A DNA stretch of 64,000 nucleotides from Phoronis australis (lineage: Eukaryota > Animalia > Phoronida), in assembly GCA_002633005.1 (NCBI GenBank), contig NMRA01000837.1, positions 1 through 64,000 on the forward strand, given 5' to 3'. Position 1 is the first letter of the stretch. Each line of letters begins with the position of its first letter. The translations under genes were made by a program, and so were the position numbers. This document shows positions 52,019 through 64,000 of this stretch, one piece after another. The notes under the pieces are model-generated. The model worked only from the letters and a program-made list of their open reading frames with translations, was not told where the DNA came from and did not search any database.

Positions 52019-52191
52019 TTAACCGCCCAGGGCGGTTGCCTGTCGTAATAAGCGCCCATGTTCGGTTAACCGCCCACCCTGGATTTCTTGAAATTTCACG
52101 TTTAAGCGCCCATGTCTGGTTAACCGCCCACCCCCGATTTTTTGGGTTTGCCAATTTAACCGCCCAGGGTGTTAACCCGAACGTTTACGGT
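52019..52191. mobile_element. Right end of a pogo/Tc-mariner-like MITE with repeated TAACCGCCCA motifs
   Basis: About six T(T/A)A(C/G)CGCCCA motifs ending in TTTACGGTA. Confidence 0.5.
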
Positions 52192-52284
52192 ACATATTGT
52201 TCCTGTTGCGCTCAACCATCATACCAAAGTTTCCCCAGGAATATACCAAGCAGTGAATAAGATCTTGCTAACTTCTCATTTCAG

Positions 52285-52590
52285 GTTAACTATAAACCGG
52301 TGAAGGACATTGACTTCCGCTCTGCGAAGCAACTGAAGTGAACCTGATGGTGCATTTGGGTGTCTACTGCCAACTCCAAAATGAAGAAATGTCCCCAAGT
52401 GGAGGATCCTTCCAGCAAAGAGCTAACAAGAAAGACTGTGGGAAGAAACCAGTTGTGTTGGCTGTTGTCCCTGGATTTTCAGATGATTTTCGGCCTATAT
52501 CGTTGAGCAAGAAATACCCAAAAGTGTTGTCAGAGCTCTACAACGAGACACTAGCTTCAGCTCAGCAATCAACGGTTCTTGATCAGTGAG
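52285..52590 (+). pseudogene. Fragment of a transposon-associated YqaJ-exonuclease-type gene (linker region), tentative
   Basis: After TTTCAG: VNYKPVKDIDFRSAKQLK...KPVVLAVVPGFSDDFRPISLSKKYPKVLSELYNE, resembling the pre-nuclease region of SWIM/YqaJ/PHD proteins. The nuclease core was not seen. Confidence 0.35.
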
Positions 52591-54084
52591 ACATTGTCTT
52601 CAAGAGAATAATTTCTTACTATCCTGCAGCTCTAGCTTGACAGTGCACATGTACTTTTACCACCTCTTTTTCGAACCATTCATTAAAGTGGGGTTCCCTT
52701 TCTTTTCATGAATGTTTGCATCATTGATTTTAAGTTTGCTCAACTGCTTCCCAAAACTTCCATTTTTTTCATAATTTCACAACTCCTGAACATTGACCAA
52801 TGCTTAACATTCCCTTTCAAAACGTTGCCCTACCAAACAGTGATGTGACCTTGTGACTTCATGAGTGTAAGTTGCCGTACACTGCTGCACTTGCACAAGG
52901 TCATCAGCACCAGCAGTTCTAAAATCACAGCAACAAAACAGCGATCGTTTACATTTTATAAATTCGCCTAAAGCCCAAATTTTTTTACTTTTAAATTTGA
53001 GTGTAATACACATAAAATAAGCAGAACATAGTAGACAGAAATCCAAGATCATCTTTAAAACCCACGAAGGTTGAAGGGATAATTGGAGTGCCTTCCTTTG
53101 CAAGATGACATCGTTTTCTGAAGACAGGATGATTCATTAGTGAGTGATAAAATGTATTCAATCCACTAATTTATGATTTATTTAGGCCAACTATGGATCC
53201 GAACATCAGCTTAAAGACGTTTACTTTAGGACAAGGTGAAGAGATTTTCGAGGAAAGCATGCAATGTGTAGACCTGCCAGATGATGTCATGGCTGACTGG
53301 AACTACTCGCTGCAATCATTTGAGTTCCAGCACGTCATGTAGACGCCAGAGGCTACGGTCAGCACTGGAGATGATAGTTGTTCAATAACTGCTAGAAAGA
53401 CTGATTCAGCATTAATTATCATTTGAGCTGGAAGTTTTCAGCAGACTTTTTCTGATGATAGAAATAAATTGGTAAAGCCCCAAATAACAATTTTTCAGAG
53501 GGTGATCAACAATCAGACTTCGACATTTTTCTATTTTGTGAAGTTCAATTTATTTTTGAGATTCATAGAATCCTTCATATGAAAACCTAGGTTTAGAATT
53601 CAAAATAATGTTTTTGTCCTAAGAGCTTAAGGACTTACACACGAATTTGAGAGAAATGTGCAAATTTGTGTCGTTTTTAAAAACCTCTGGATCTGTCTAT
53701 GAAAACAATTGACTGATTTTTTTTTGTGAAAACAAATGTTCTGAGAGTGTTGAATGTCCGTGATATACAGTGATAGTAAATACAAACACTACAAAATGTT
53801 GTAACTTTGACGAAACAGAGAAAGTTGATTTCAAGAACTATCTGTTTATTCTTTGAATATACATTTTCTGATTTCCTAAATCCCAGAAAGTTTGTTTTGA
53901 TTCACAGTAATGGTTGAAGTTACTTTTAAAAAATCAACCTACTATAACAAAGGTAGGAAGTGACCTTAAACTACCATTTCTAGACCTAAGCGTAGTTATC
54001 AGTTCTAACATAAAAGTCACTCTCCTGTCAACTGCTGGTTTACAAGTGATTTGTAGATGCATCTGACACTTTTGTTTCATATTA

Positions 54085-54743
54085 GGACTGCTATGCTCAC
54101 CGTCAAGCATGTCAGTGGCTAGGCATGAGACAGCAAAGTGTGCACTTCTTAGGTCATGGCGTGCATGCATCACAGTACGTCTAGATGCATCAGTACAACA
54201 AGATTGTGCAGTCTCCTGAAGTATTGTCAAAACGTCTTGCAGTACTAGAAGGCAAGGAGCCACCAAAAATCACAATTCGTGATCCACAGTTACAGAAAGT
54301 GATAATTGTCGGATTTTGAGAATGTTGTCATCTCTCAAAATTTGGTTTATGACTTGTTAGAGGGTGAGCTGAAGCCAGCGCCATCTGTGGCACCCTTTCT
54401 GTCTCACCAAAAGGTGATGGAAAATGTTAATGCTTCTTCCTCACCAGAATCAGCTACAAAATACATGATGTTTAAAATTTTGACCCCCCAAAATTCTCAT
54501 AACAGGAATGTTAATGGAGTACCATATACTAAAACTGATACAAAAGGAAAACTAGATAAGGACAAAGTTAAATTTATTTTGGACAATGTGATAACTCTGT
54601 CAGAGTGCTCAAGGGCCCTAAACTTCCCAGAGCAGAAGACTTCAACATCCAAATTGGTACATTGGACAGTGGCATCAGAAAAATTGTTTTATAAGTTGTC
54701 AGAAAGAGTGGTTCTCCCGAACATACCTATTTCAGGCGACTAA
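54085..54743 (+). pseudogene. Coiled-coil plus BEN-domain gene, copy 1 (most diverged)
   Basis: SATKYMMFKILT...RNVNGVPYTK..KGKLDKDKVKFILDNV matches the BEN pattern (lF..e....Nv.G...K..LD..kv..I...v). Homologous to copies 2 and 3. Confidence 0.6.
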
Positions 54744-55514
54744 ATGCTCGAGACAAACATTCAGTCCTACACTCCACACAACTATTTTTGAAAAGTAGTA
54801 AAGTCTCAGAGAATATGTTCACGATTTGTGATAAATCATGCAAATTAAAAACTCATTGCTATATATATGTGATATTACCTGATTAAGAGTAGTTTGCATG
54901 TGTTACTGTCATAAAATGGCTTAACAGTGATTCACATCAAAAATGCTTCTTGGCTAGCTCAGCACAAGCAAACTGTGTTTTGCTGCAGGCAGCTTATATG
55001 CTGATTAATGCGTTTTACCCATGCTTGTCTTCAAAATGTGTAAATGTTTACACATTTTGCAAGTTGATGGCAAAAAACTAAACTCGACATTTGAGTGGCA
55101 TCTAGATTTATTGAAATTTGTCTATATGTGTACAAGATAAAGTGAATCACTTTTTATTGCATAATATATGTACCTATTATGATTTACATCTTGTGTTCTT
55201 TTAAAGTTACTATAATGGCCAAATTTTGAAAATTGTATTTCAGAAATAGCTGATCGGATTCAACCGAAACTTTCAGGTATTGTTATTCATGCACAACTCT
55301 CAAATATGCTTAGAAATCAGCATACAATGAAAATAAAGCAATGAGAAAAAAATACAACAAAAGTTATGAGAATTTAGTTCAACCAAAATTCAGTCATTGC
55401 ATTAATACTAGTATTTTGCTATGAATGTATCTACTTTTTACTACATTTTTACTAAAGTGCTTGGACACGTGACCCTACTCTGATGAGCACTGATTTCTGG
55501 TCTTGCAAAGAAGG

Positions 55515-56220
55515 GGACCAGGTGTTTCATTAGCTCTTGAGACTATGCTCGGCCCATTAAATGACACGCTATGAGTAGCTAACTTGTGTTGGTCACTGTA
55601 AGTATACAATAACTGTTGTAAGAGGCCATAATGTATGACATATGTAATGTAATGTAATGTAATGTAATGTAATGTAATGTAAAACTAAATCAGTTGAGTA
55701 CTTTATCATTTTTTTCATAATGTTGATAAAAGTTGGTTACTTTTCAGGCAAAAAGTGGTGTCAAAGAGGTTCACCATCCTTGGCCCTTTTGTACTTACAA
55801 CCAAATGGGCAGTACACCTTTATCAGAGTTTTCTCAAAAAAACATTTACTTGTTTACTTTTCATCAAATATAAAATCTTGATCAATCAGGACTGGACCAG
55901 GTGTTTCATTAGCTCGAGACTATGCTCAGCCCATTAAATGACACGCTACGAGTAGCTAACTTGTGTTAGTCACTATAAGTATACAATTATAACTGTTGTG
56001 AGAGGCCATAATGTATGACATATGTAATGTAATGTAAACTAAATCAGTTGAGAACTTCCTCATATTTAATTTTATGTTGTTGATAAAGTTTGCTATTTCC
56101 AGACAAAAAAGTGGTGTCAAAGAGGTTCACCACCCTAGGCCCTTTTGTATTTACAACCAAATGGGCAGTACACCTTTTTCAGTGAGTTTTCTCAAAAAAA
56201 CATTTACTAAGATCTTGATC
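55515..56220. repeat. ~380 bp tandem duplication containing an (AATGT)n microsatellite
   Basis: GGACCAGGTGTTTCATTAGCTC at 55515 and 55894 with co-linear sequence. (AATGT)n lies at about 55643-55682. Confidence 0.85.
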
Positions 56221-58178
56221 CATATGGGCAATTTACAAATTTATATGAAAAGGTTCTTACCACATCTAATTTTTAGTCAATTGTGTAACTTAAAAGAAAT
56301 ATCTTTGCTTGTGTTTTGTTTGTGGTTCTTTTTGTTACAGGCCCACCTCACTTCAAGAGCTTTTGCTACATCAAGGTCACTTAAGCCACTCCTGTCATGG
56401 CGAGGGATACGATGAGACTGATTATTATGAACTTTAATAGTGGCTTAATTCATTTTACATTTTTTGGAAGCAACACACTTACGAAATGCAGTTTTATCTC
56501 GTTCACCCGCCGTCATCCAACTCATCCACAACTTAAGACCTAGTGCAATTACGGGACAATTTGACTCATCACAGAATTATTCATCACACAAGGGTCACAC
56601 TACAGCAACCGTGGAAAAAAGACACTTCAATCGCTCACGGCACTTTATCAATAGATTGAATGCTAAGAAAAGAAAAAAATTCCTAAGGATATAAAGATGA
56701 GAACACCTTCCAGTGTGCCTCAGTTGTATGCAAGGATACATTATTTATTGCAAAATGAGACAAAATCAAGCTTTAAAGATAGGCACCAAATTACGAAAAA
56801 AATACGTGCACCCATACCACAAATTGCCGATACTGAAAAACAAAAATACTGCAGTTTGGCAAACCTTAAAACTTAATCAGCGCTAGAATTATATAGGGGA
56901 TATCAAAACTTGTTAACAAACTTTGTGATTCAATCTTTTCAAGAGCTTACAATCAGTGACTTTTGATTACTCATCAGTAGTCTCGGTAATAGACTCAGTT
57001 TCGTATTAAGTAAATAACATTTCAAATCTGGCAGTGAGGGTGCCTCTGTCCCGTTATATAATTTATACCCAGCGGACGTTATGTCATATCGGCAGTGATT
57101 TTGTCATAAGTATGTAAAGTTTTTTTGCTGTCTGTATATTTGCTGTTAACAAAGATTGTTTTTCCATTTGATACAGACCTGACCTGGGTCTTTCAACTTG
57201 AAGCCTAGCTGCTGACTTGAATTGTGTACTAATTTACTAAGTGTTGTGTATATGTATTTCATGTCACATTTTGTGGTATGATTATTACAGAGAGACCGTG
57301 GGTGCCTTGTCGTATATTTGTGTTCTGTAGTATTTGTGTAAATATTTTATTTTTATTTTATTTATAGATATATAACAAGTTTCAAGATGAAGTGTTAAAT
57401 TTAAACTCTTCATGTACTACAACACACGGTCATATTCCACCCATTCCATATGCAGTGACCCGACACCCTCACCTTGTTAGCCAGCCAATGTGTGCAGACT
57501 GTACAGTAATACAATCCATGGATGACCTGACAGCACATTTGAAGCAGGCACATGATGCAAGCATTCATATCAACTGAAAACAAGTATTTGAGGGATTGGA
57601 AAATACTTTCATTATGAACCCACAGTTTTTTGTAGAATATCACTTGGCATATTCTCTTTGGTCAACACATATGCTATAAGCTAAGCGTTGAAAGTACATT
57701 TTGCTTTGATTTGCTTCATTTGCACATCCAGGTGATTAACTTAGTTAATACGTAATACCATGTGTACCTTCTGCTAACTTATTTTCTGAATATTTATATT
57801 AGCTAGCTGAAGGTATAAAGATATGGATGGACAGTAGATTAACAGTAACATCATTTGTCTTTTGGTGCAGCCACAAGATTGGTAAGTTGACTAGAGCCAG
57901 TATTATGGACAGGCTGGAGTGTGGCAAGGGTTGTGATGACAGTGATATTGGCCACAGTGATGGCGGTGATAATGGAAATTATGGAGATGGGGAATCACAA
58001 TAGTTACAACACAGAAAGAAGCACAAATGGAGGAGATGTCAGTGAGTTGACAAGGAGGGGATAGTTTGAAAAAACAGATTTTCCAGCATTTAGGAATGCT
58101 GTAGAAAATCAAAAAGCTCACCTGAACTTCCAACAGTACAACTGCTTCCAAAAACTCATACAAGCTCCTGAGACAGAG

Positions 58179-58703
58179 GTGGCTAGAATTGTCGAGAAAT
58201 ACCCTGGTACAAGCACTGAACGATTTTTGGATCTCCTTGACATCTGCGCTAATGAAAGAGAAGCTCCCTTAACAACAGCTGTAACTGAGGGCACACCATT
58301 GTCATTATTGCGCAATAAGGAGACACACTGCCCTCAGGTTAACTCAGGCACCATCCAAAAAAAATCCAAAACTAAGCACAATGCCCAAAGTAATGCAGCA
58401 GTTGCACAAGAACGTAGAGTAATTAAAAAATCAGCCCCTGCTGTTGGCTTTATGATTGTTTACACAGCCAAAAACAATCAGAAGGGAGTCAAAGTTGGAG
58501 AGGTCGAAGAAATTCAAAAAACTGGGCTACAACTGAAAATCAAATGTTTTTCTGGCAAACTGAATTCCCAGTGGAAACCACACCTTAAACCAAATGGTAC
58601 TTTTAAACATGTCATCATTGACACCCAAAGATTAATTTGTCCTTTCCATTTGACACCGACAGTACGTCTTGATGCATCAGTACAAGTTTGTGCAGTCTGT
58701 TGA
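58179..58703 (+). pseudogene. Open 174-codon fragment with an SH3/Tudor-like C-terminal module; probably a transposon-associated gene remnant fused to BEN copy 2
   Basis: VGEVEEI...KIKCFSGKLNSQWKP...IIDTQRLICPFHLTPTVRL. The 3' end runs into the BEN repeat at about 58660. Confidence 0.35.
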
Positions 58704-59186
58704 AGTATTGTCAAAATGGCTTGCTGTACTAGAAGGCGAGGACCCACCAAAAATCACAATTCATGATCCACAGATACGGAAAGTGATAGTTATCAGATTT
58801 TGAGAGTGTTGTCATCTCTCAAAATTTGGTTGATGATATGTTAGAGAGCGAGTTGCCAGAAGCGCCATCTGTGGCACCCTTTCTGACTCACCAAAAGGTG
58901 AAGAAAATTGTAAATGATTCTTCCTCACCAGTCAGCTGCAAAATACATGATGTTTAAAATTTTGACCCTCCAAAATTCTCACAACAGGAATGTAAATGGA
59001 GTACCATATACTAAATCTGGTACAAAAGGAAAACTAGATAAGGACAAAGTTAAATTTATTTTGGACAATGTGATGACCCAGTCCGAGTACTCAGGGGCCC
59101 TACTAAACTTTCTAGAGCAGAAGACTTCAACATCCAAGTTGGTAAAAGCAATTGACAGTGGCATAAGAAAATTGTTTTACAAGTTG
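58660..59186 (+). pseudogene. Coiled-coil plus BEN-domain gene, copy 2 (truncated at the N at 59187)
   Basis: Near-identical to 61020-61550, with ...KLDKDKVKFILDNV...KAIDSGIRKLF. Confidence 0.6.
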
Positions 59187-60934
59187 NGTAAGTTGACTAG
59201 AGCCAGTATTACGGACATGCTCGAGTGTTGCAAGGGTTGTGATGACAGTGATATTGGCCACAGTGATGGCGGTGATAATGGAAATTATGGAGATGGGGAA
59301 TCACAATAGTTACAATACAGAAAGAAGCACAAATGGAGGAGACGTCAGTGAGTCGACAAGGAGGGGATAGACTCTGATCTTTCCTTTCAGGCACACTCAC
59401 AAGCGTAATGCTCAAAATGATAATGACAGTTGGCTGCATGGAGGTGGGTTCAGTTGCGATGAAATTCATGAAATAATTAAGTGACAGTTAGGAAGACAAA
59501 AGCTACACACTTGTTACCCACACATCAAATCGGGGCCAGTTAGCTGATTTTGATTTTCCATCTGTTCAGTTGTTTTCAAAACTAATTGAAGGCAACGTTG
59601 ACAAAAGCTTGTTTTGTAATTCCCACTTCAAGCACTGTAATGCCACCAAAAGGCCGAATGGTAAATATCACACAAGTCAGCCAGTGGCACAGAGTAATAG
59701 ACCGCCCCTTAGTGTTAAATACAAATTGGGACAGAATGCGGTCTGAATGTAAGTTTTCAGCACAGAGTAATCAATCCACTAATTTATGATTTATTTCGGC
59801 CGACTATGGATCCGAACATCAGCTTAAAGACCTTTATTTAGGACAAGTTGCGAAATGTGTCAAGTGGCAGATTAGCATCCGATTTCCTTAGTCAAGATGA
59901 AGAGATTTTCGAGGAAAGCATGCAATTTGTAGACCTGTATTCAAATGATCTTGATCTAGGAATTAGTGTATTTTCTATTGAATGGGATCATCATTAATAC
60001 GGGTATTATTACTATTAACATGATTGTTATTATTATTAGTAGTAGTATTCTTGTAAATATTGGTGGTAGTAGTAGTAGAAGTGGTAGCAGAAATAGTATT
60101 ACATAGGCATGACCAGCTGAGTAATTTTTTTATTCTTTTAAGCAAAGCACAGTCTACGACAAACTAACCCCTTGGTAACTCAAGAATTTCTCAGTCATGT
60201 TCCTGTCTTACGCATTACGTAATTGAAAATCTTAACATTAGTTTTAAAATTGATCACTGAAAATTTACCTTAAGCGTTTCAGTGAAATCCGGTGCTCTTT
60301 TCGAGAATTCATTCTCCAATTTTCAAATGATGTTAAACACAAATTGGGACAAAATGCAGTCTGAATGTAAGTTGTCAGCACAGAATATTCAATCCACTAA
60401 TATATGATTTATTTCGGCAGACTGTGGATCCGAACATCAGCTTAAAGACCTTTACTATAGGAAAACGTGTCAGGTGGAAGATAAGCATCCAATTTCCTTA
60501 GCCAAGGTGAAGAGATTTTCGAGGAAAGCATGCAATGTGTAGACCTGCCAGATGATGTCACGGCTGACTGGCACTCCTCGCCACAGCCATTTGAGTTCCA
60601 GCACATCGTGCAGACGCCGGAGACTACAGTCAGCATTAGAGACTATAGTTGTTCAATAACTTCTAGAAAGACTGATTCAGCATTAATTATCATTTGAGCT
60701 GGAAGTTTTCAGCAGACATTTTCTCATGATTGAAATAAATTGGTAAAGACCCAAATAACAATTTTTCAGAGGGTGATCAACAATCAGACTTCGACATTTT
60801 TCTATTTTGTGAAGTTCAAATTTATTTTTGAGATTCATAGAATCCTTCATATGAAAACCTAGGTTTAGAATTCAAAATAATGTGGTTTACAAGTTGTTTG
60901 TAGATGCATCTGACAAAATTTTGTTTCATTTTAG

Positions 60935-61589
60935 GACTGCTACGCTCACTGTCAAGCATGTCAGCGGCTAGGCATGAGCCAGCAAAGTGTGCGCTTCTCA
61001 GGTCACCTGGCGTGCAAGCATCACAGTACGTCTTGATGCATCAGTACAAGTTTGTGCAGTCTGTTGAAGTATTGTCAAAACGGCTTGCTGTACTAGAAGG
61101 CAAGGACCCACCAAAAATCACAATTCACGATCCACAGATACGGAAAGTGATAGTTATCAGATTTTGAGAGTGTTGTCATCTCTCAAAATTTGGTTGATGA
61201 TTTGTTAGAGAGCGAGTTGCCAGCAGCGCCATCTGTGGCACCCTTTCTGACTCACCAAAAGATGATGGAAATTGTAAATGATTCTTCCTCACCAGTCAGC
61301 TGCAAAATACATGATGTTTAAAATTTTGACCCTCCAAAATTCTCATAACAGGAATGTAAATGGAGTACCATATACTAAATCTGGTACAAAAGGAAAACTA
61401 GATAAGGACAAAGTTAAATTTATTTTGGACAATGTGATGACCCAGTCCGAGTACTCAGGGGCCCTACTAAACTTTCTAGAGCAGAAGACTTCAACATCCA
61501 AGTTGGTAAAAGCAATTGACAGTGGCATAAGAAAATTGTTTTACAAGTTGACAGAAAGAGTGGTTCTCCCGTGCATACCTATTTCATAA
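60935..61589 (+). pseudogene. Coiled-coil plus BEN-domain gene, copy 3
   Basis: VEVLSKRLAVLEG coiled coil, then a frameshift, then SAAKYMMFKILT..RNVNG..KGKLDKDKVKFILDNV..KAIDSGIRKLF. Confidence 0.6.
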
Positions 61590-62079
61590 AAGGCAACTTA
61601 ACGCTCGAGACAAACATTCAGTCCTACACTCCACACTATTTCTGCAAAGTAGTAATAAAAGTCTCTGAGATCTCTGAGAATATGTTTACGCTTTGGGATA
61701 AATCATGCAAATTAAAATCTCATAGCAGTATATATGTGACATTACCTAATTAAGTGTAGTTAAACTCTGCAAAATATAGTGTGATGACTGTCGTCAAGGG
61801 TTTGAATTGCAACGATAAACCCTTTAATATTAGTGCCACAAGAAGACTATCGCTCAATGTTACCTGCCGGATAACATAATCAGTAGCTGATTAAGTCGAG
61901 TCCTTGCATAGGGAGGTTAGTACAGTATACAGTGTGGTGATCCTGGGTTTCCCTTTAGGATGGTAGTGTTTCTTTAAAATTTTAAGCTTTCCTTCCATCA
62001 TCAATTGAGTCCACCATAATCAGCAATAGGCTGCAATCATCTATGAACAGACCCAGGCACCACAAATGCTTCGGCATTG

Positions 62080-63308
62080 GTAAAATAACCCAGAGTTTCA
62101 ACAGAACCCCAGAGAAACAAGCAACACCAAATTTGGAGCTGGTCCATTTTGACTTAGCAAGTCCTATTTATCCCCTAGCAAGGAAAGGTTTTAGGTACAT
62201 TTGGTTGTGTTGATGACTTTTCTGGATTGATCATGACATATTTTTTGAAACAGAAAAGTGACTCAGTAAGGGCAACGGAAAAATTTCTTGCGGTAATTAG
62301 CCCTTACGGCACAGTAAAGCGAATCAGGGGTGCGAGTTTACATCCAAAGCATTTTGAGTCACTTCTCATTAAGAATAAAATTAAGCATGAATGCTCAGTC
62401 CCCTATTCACCACCTTTGGCTTCATTCATAATTAGTTGAACAGGGTTTCAGTCGGTCACTGGTAGATCAACATGTTTACACTGAAAATTACGACAGTGAA
62501 GTGGTCATTATTCTTACATAGGTAGATAAAGTCATCATAGCTGATAGTTCTACCCCCAGACTTGAAAATGTGAAACTGCGCTTAAAAGAGATTTTCAGAA
62601 TGAAACATATCAGCCAGATTTCCTGGTTTCTCGGTATAGAATTTGAACACCATGAGACAGTCTCAATATTTGAGGAGAGTATAGGAAAAGTTTAGAACGC
62701 AAGATTGCAAACGAAAATCTACTCCATGTGACAAGAATAAAAACAAGCTCTGTAGCTAGCAGGCTGAGCCAGCTAATGAGGGAGGTAGTAGGAAGCCTTA
62801 TTTACGCTACGACAACAACAAGACCCGAGTTGTGCTATGTTGTCTCCGAACTGTCTCAGTACAAGTCATCACCTACCTCTAACCACATGACCATGGCAGA
62901 ACATGCACTTAGGTATGTGAAAAGCACGGTTGATAAGAAACTAGACTTTAGAAAGTCAGCTAATACTCTTAAACTGATTGGATTCAGTGATGCAGGTTTT
63001 GCTAACTGTGAGAATAGAAAAAAAACATGACAGGTTTTGGTTTTGTGTTGTCTGAGCAGGGTCCACTGATTTCGTGGAAAACAAGAAAACAGCCAACGGT
63101 CGCCCTCTCGACTTGTGAAGCAGAGTACATGTTTATATCTACTGCAACACCAGAAGGCATCTTCTTGAAAGCTTTGCTACAGGGATGTGAGTGGTTGTAG
63201 AGTGCAAAATTTCAGTATGCACTGTGGTGACAGTCAAAGTGCTGTTGCACTGACCAAAAACGCCGTTGTGCATCAGAGGTCCAAACATATTGATATTACA
63301 TACCACTT
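62080..63308 (+). mobile_element. Decayed Ty1/Copia pol (integrase-RT-RNase H, internally deleted)
   Basis: LELVHFDL..P...GFRY..VDDFSG..TYFLKQKSD (integrase); decayed YVDD (*VDK), VGSLIYATTTTRPELCYVVSELSQY (RT); GFSDA..GPLISWKTRKQPTVALSTCEAEYM..HQRSKHIDITYH (RNase H). The INT-before-RT order is diagnostic of Copia. Confidence 0.9.
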
Positions 63309-63810
63309 ACTGGTGCCCTGGACTAGAGACTCCATCTCTCAAGTTTGAACAGTTCTTTGAAATGCTAGAGGACTACTTTGTGTTTATGGATACTAACCAA
63401 AAGGAAGGCAACCACCTCTCACATCAACAAAAAATATGCTTCTATGGTTGTTTCTGGGACCTACGGCTATTGCTCAATCGGATACCCACCCGAATGGCAA
63501 AACGTACCAATCAGCTGATACTTATACAGCGTATGTGATGGTGACAAAGGAGATTTTCGGCCGACAAGTAAATCGGGTAAGGGCTCATTTCGATTTTGAC
63601 AACAGATCTGTTACCCAATGAGTCTGTCTCTGAAATCTTACAAGCACAGCGCTCATTACAGAGTGATTGTGACTTTAAGGGAAACTCGGATTACTTTCTG
63701 GCTATCCGGTTTGTTCTGGGCTTGTACAACAAAGAGGCTCAAATCCGCATACTTCCAGAGAAGGAAATTGATTTTGCTCGTTTTATTGACATTGCCAAGA
63801 ACAAATAAAC
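63309..63810 (+). mobile_element. Decayed Ty3/Gypsy gag remnant
   Basis: FEQFFEMLEDYF...LG...FGRQVNRVRAHFDF..R...ESVSEILQAQRSLQSDCDF...IRFVLGL...QIRIL.EKEIDF, the typical Gypsy gag pattern, frameshifted. Confidence 0.7.
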
Positions 63811-64000
63811 TACCCAGAAAACCTCCAAGGTTTTCACTGGAAACAGATGATGGGAGTGTGGCACACTTCCTGCCAAAGATTTTGGACTTCCCTTAAGATG
63901 TCCCCTCATTCAAGTTCATCAACACCATGTAGGCCCTGAACATCGCCTCATTAGGACACATGACAACCTCTCTGTTCCTTTACAAGTCATGATAGATCTC

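Noticed and set aside
50550-53100. RAG2-like (kelch plus PHD) partner or RSS-like TIRs for the RAG1-like transposase
   Set aside because: No kelch repeats, PHD pattern or paired heptamer termini were seen, and scattered CACAGTG hits are expected by chance. The element is therefore not called ProtoRAG.
55472-55516. Second hammerhead (CTGATGAG...GTCTTGCAAAGAAGGGG)
   Set aside because: Lacks an intact GAAA and NUH site, and stem II is poor; at best a deleted relic.
57392-57600. C2H2 zinc-finger gene (CADC...LTAHLKQAH)
   Set aside because: A single finger followed by a stop or frameshift; likely a transposon relic and too little to annotate.

Overview
This is eukaryotic (animal) genomic DNA: AT-rich, with GT-AG spliceosomal introns, from a gapped draft assembly. 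A heterozygous invertebrate is inferred, not shown. The left 40 kb holds four housekeeping genes that I reconstructed exon by exon: a partial FDXACB1/DUF2431 gene (+), exon 1 of FGFR1OP/CEP43 (-), a complete importin-alpha of the KPNA2 type (+, 10 coding exons, 519 aa) and a complete PYROXD1 (-, 13 coding exons, 485 aa). Introns and spacers carry MITEs, a solo LTR, SINE-like tRNA heads, LINE remnants, a ~580 bp fold-back palindrome and a Penelope-type hammerhead ribozyme motif. The right 24 kb is mostly decayed transposons: a Tx1/L1 LINE, a chromodomain gene directly upstream of a RAG1/Transib/Chapaev-like DDE transposase, a fragment of a YqaJ-type gene, three BEN-domain gene copies, Copia pol and Gypsy gag. 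Some apparent duplications break exactly at single N bases and are probably haplotype-stitching artefacts. The most interesting candidate system is the chromodomain plus RAG1-like transposase (with nearby BEN) cassette at 47.4-54.9 kb. All protein family calls come from motif recognition by eye; no database search was run.
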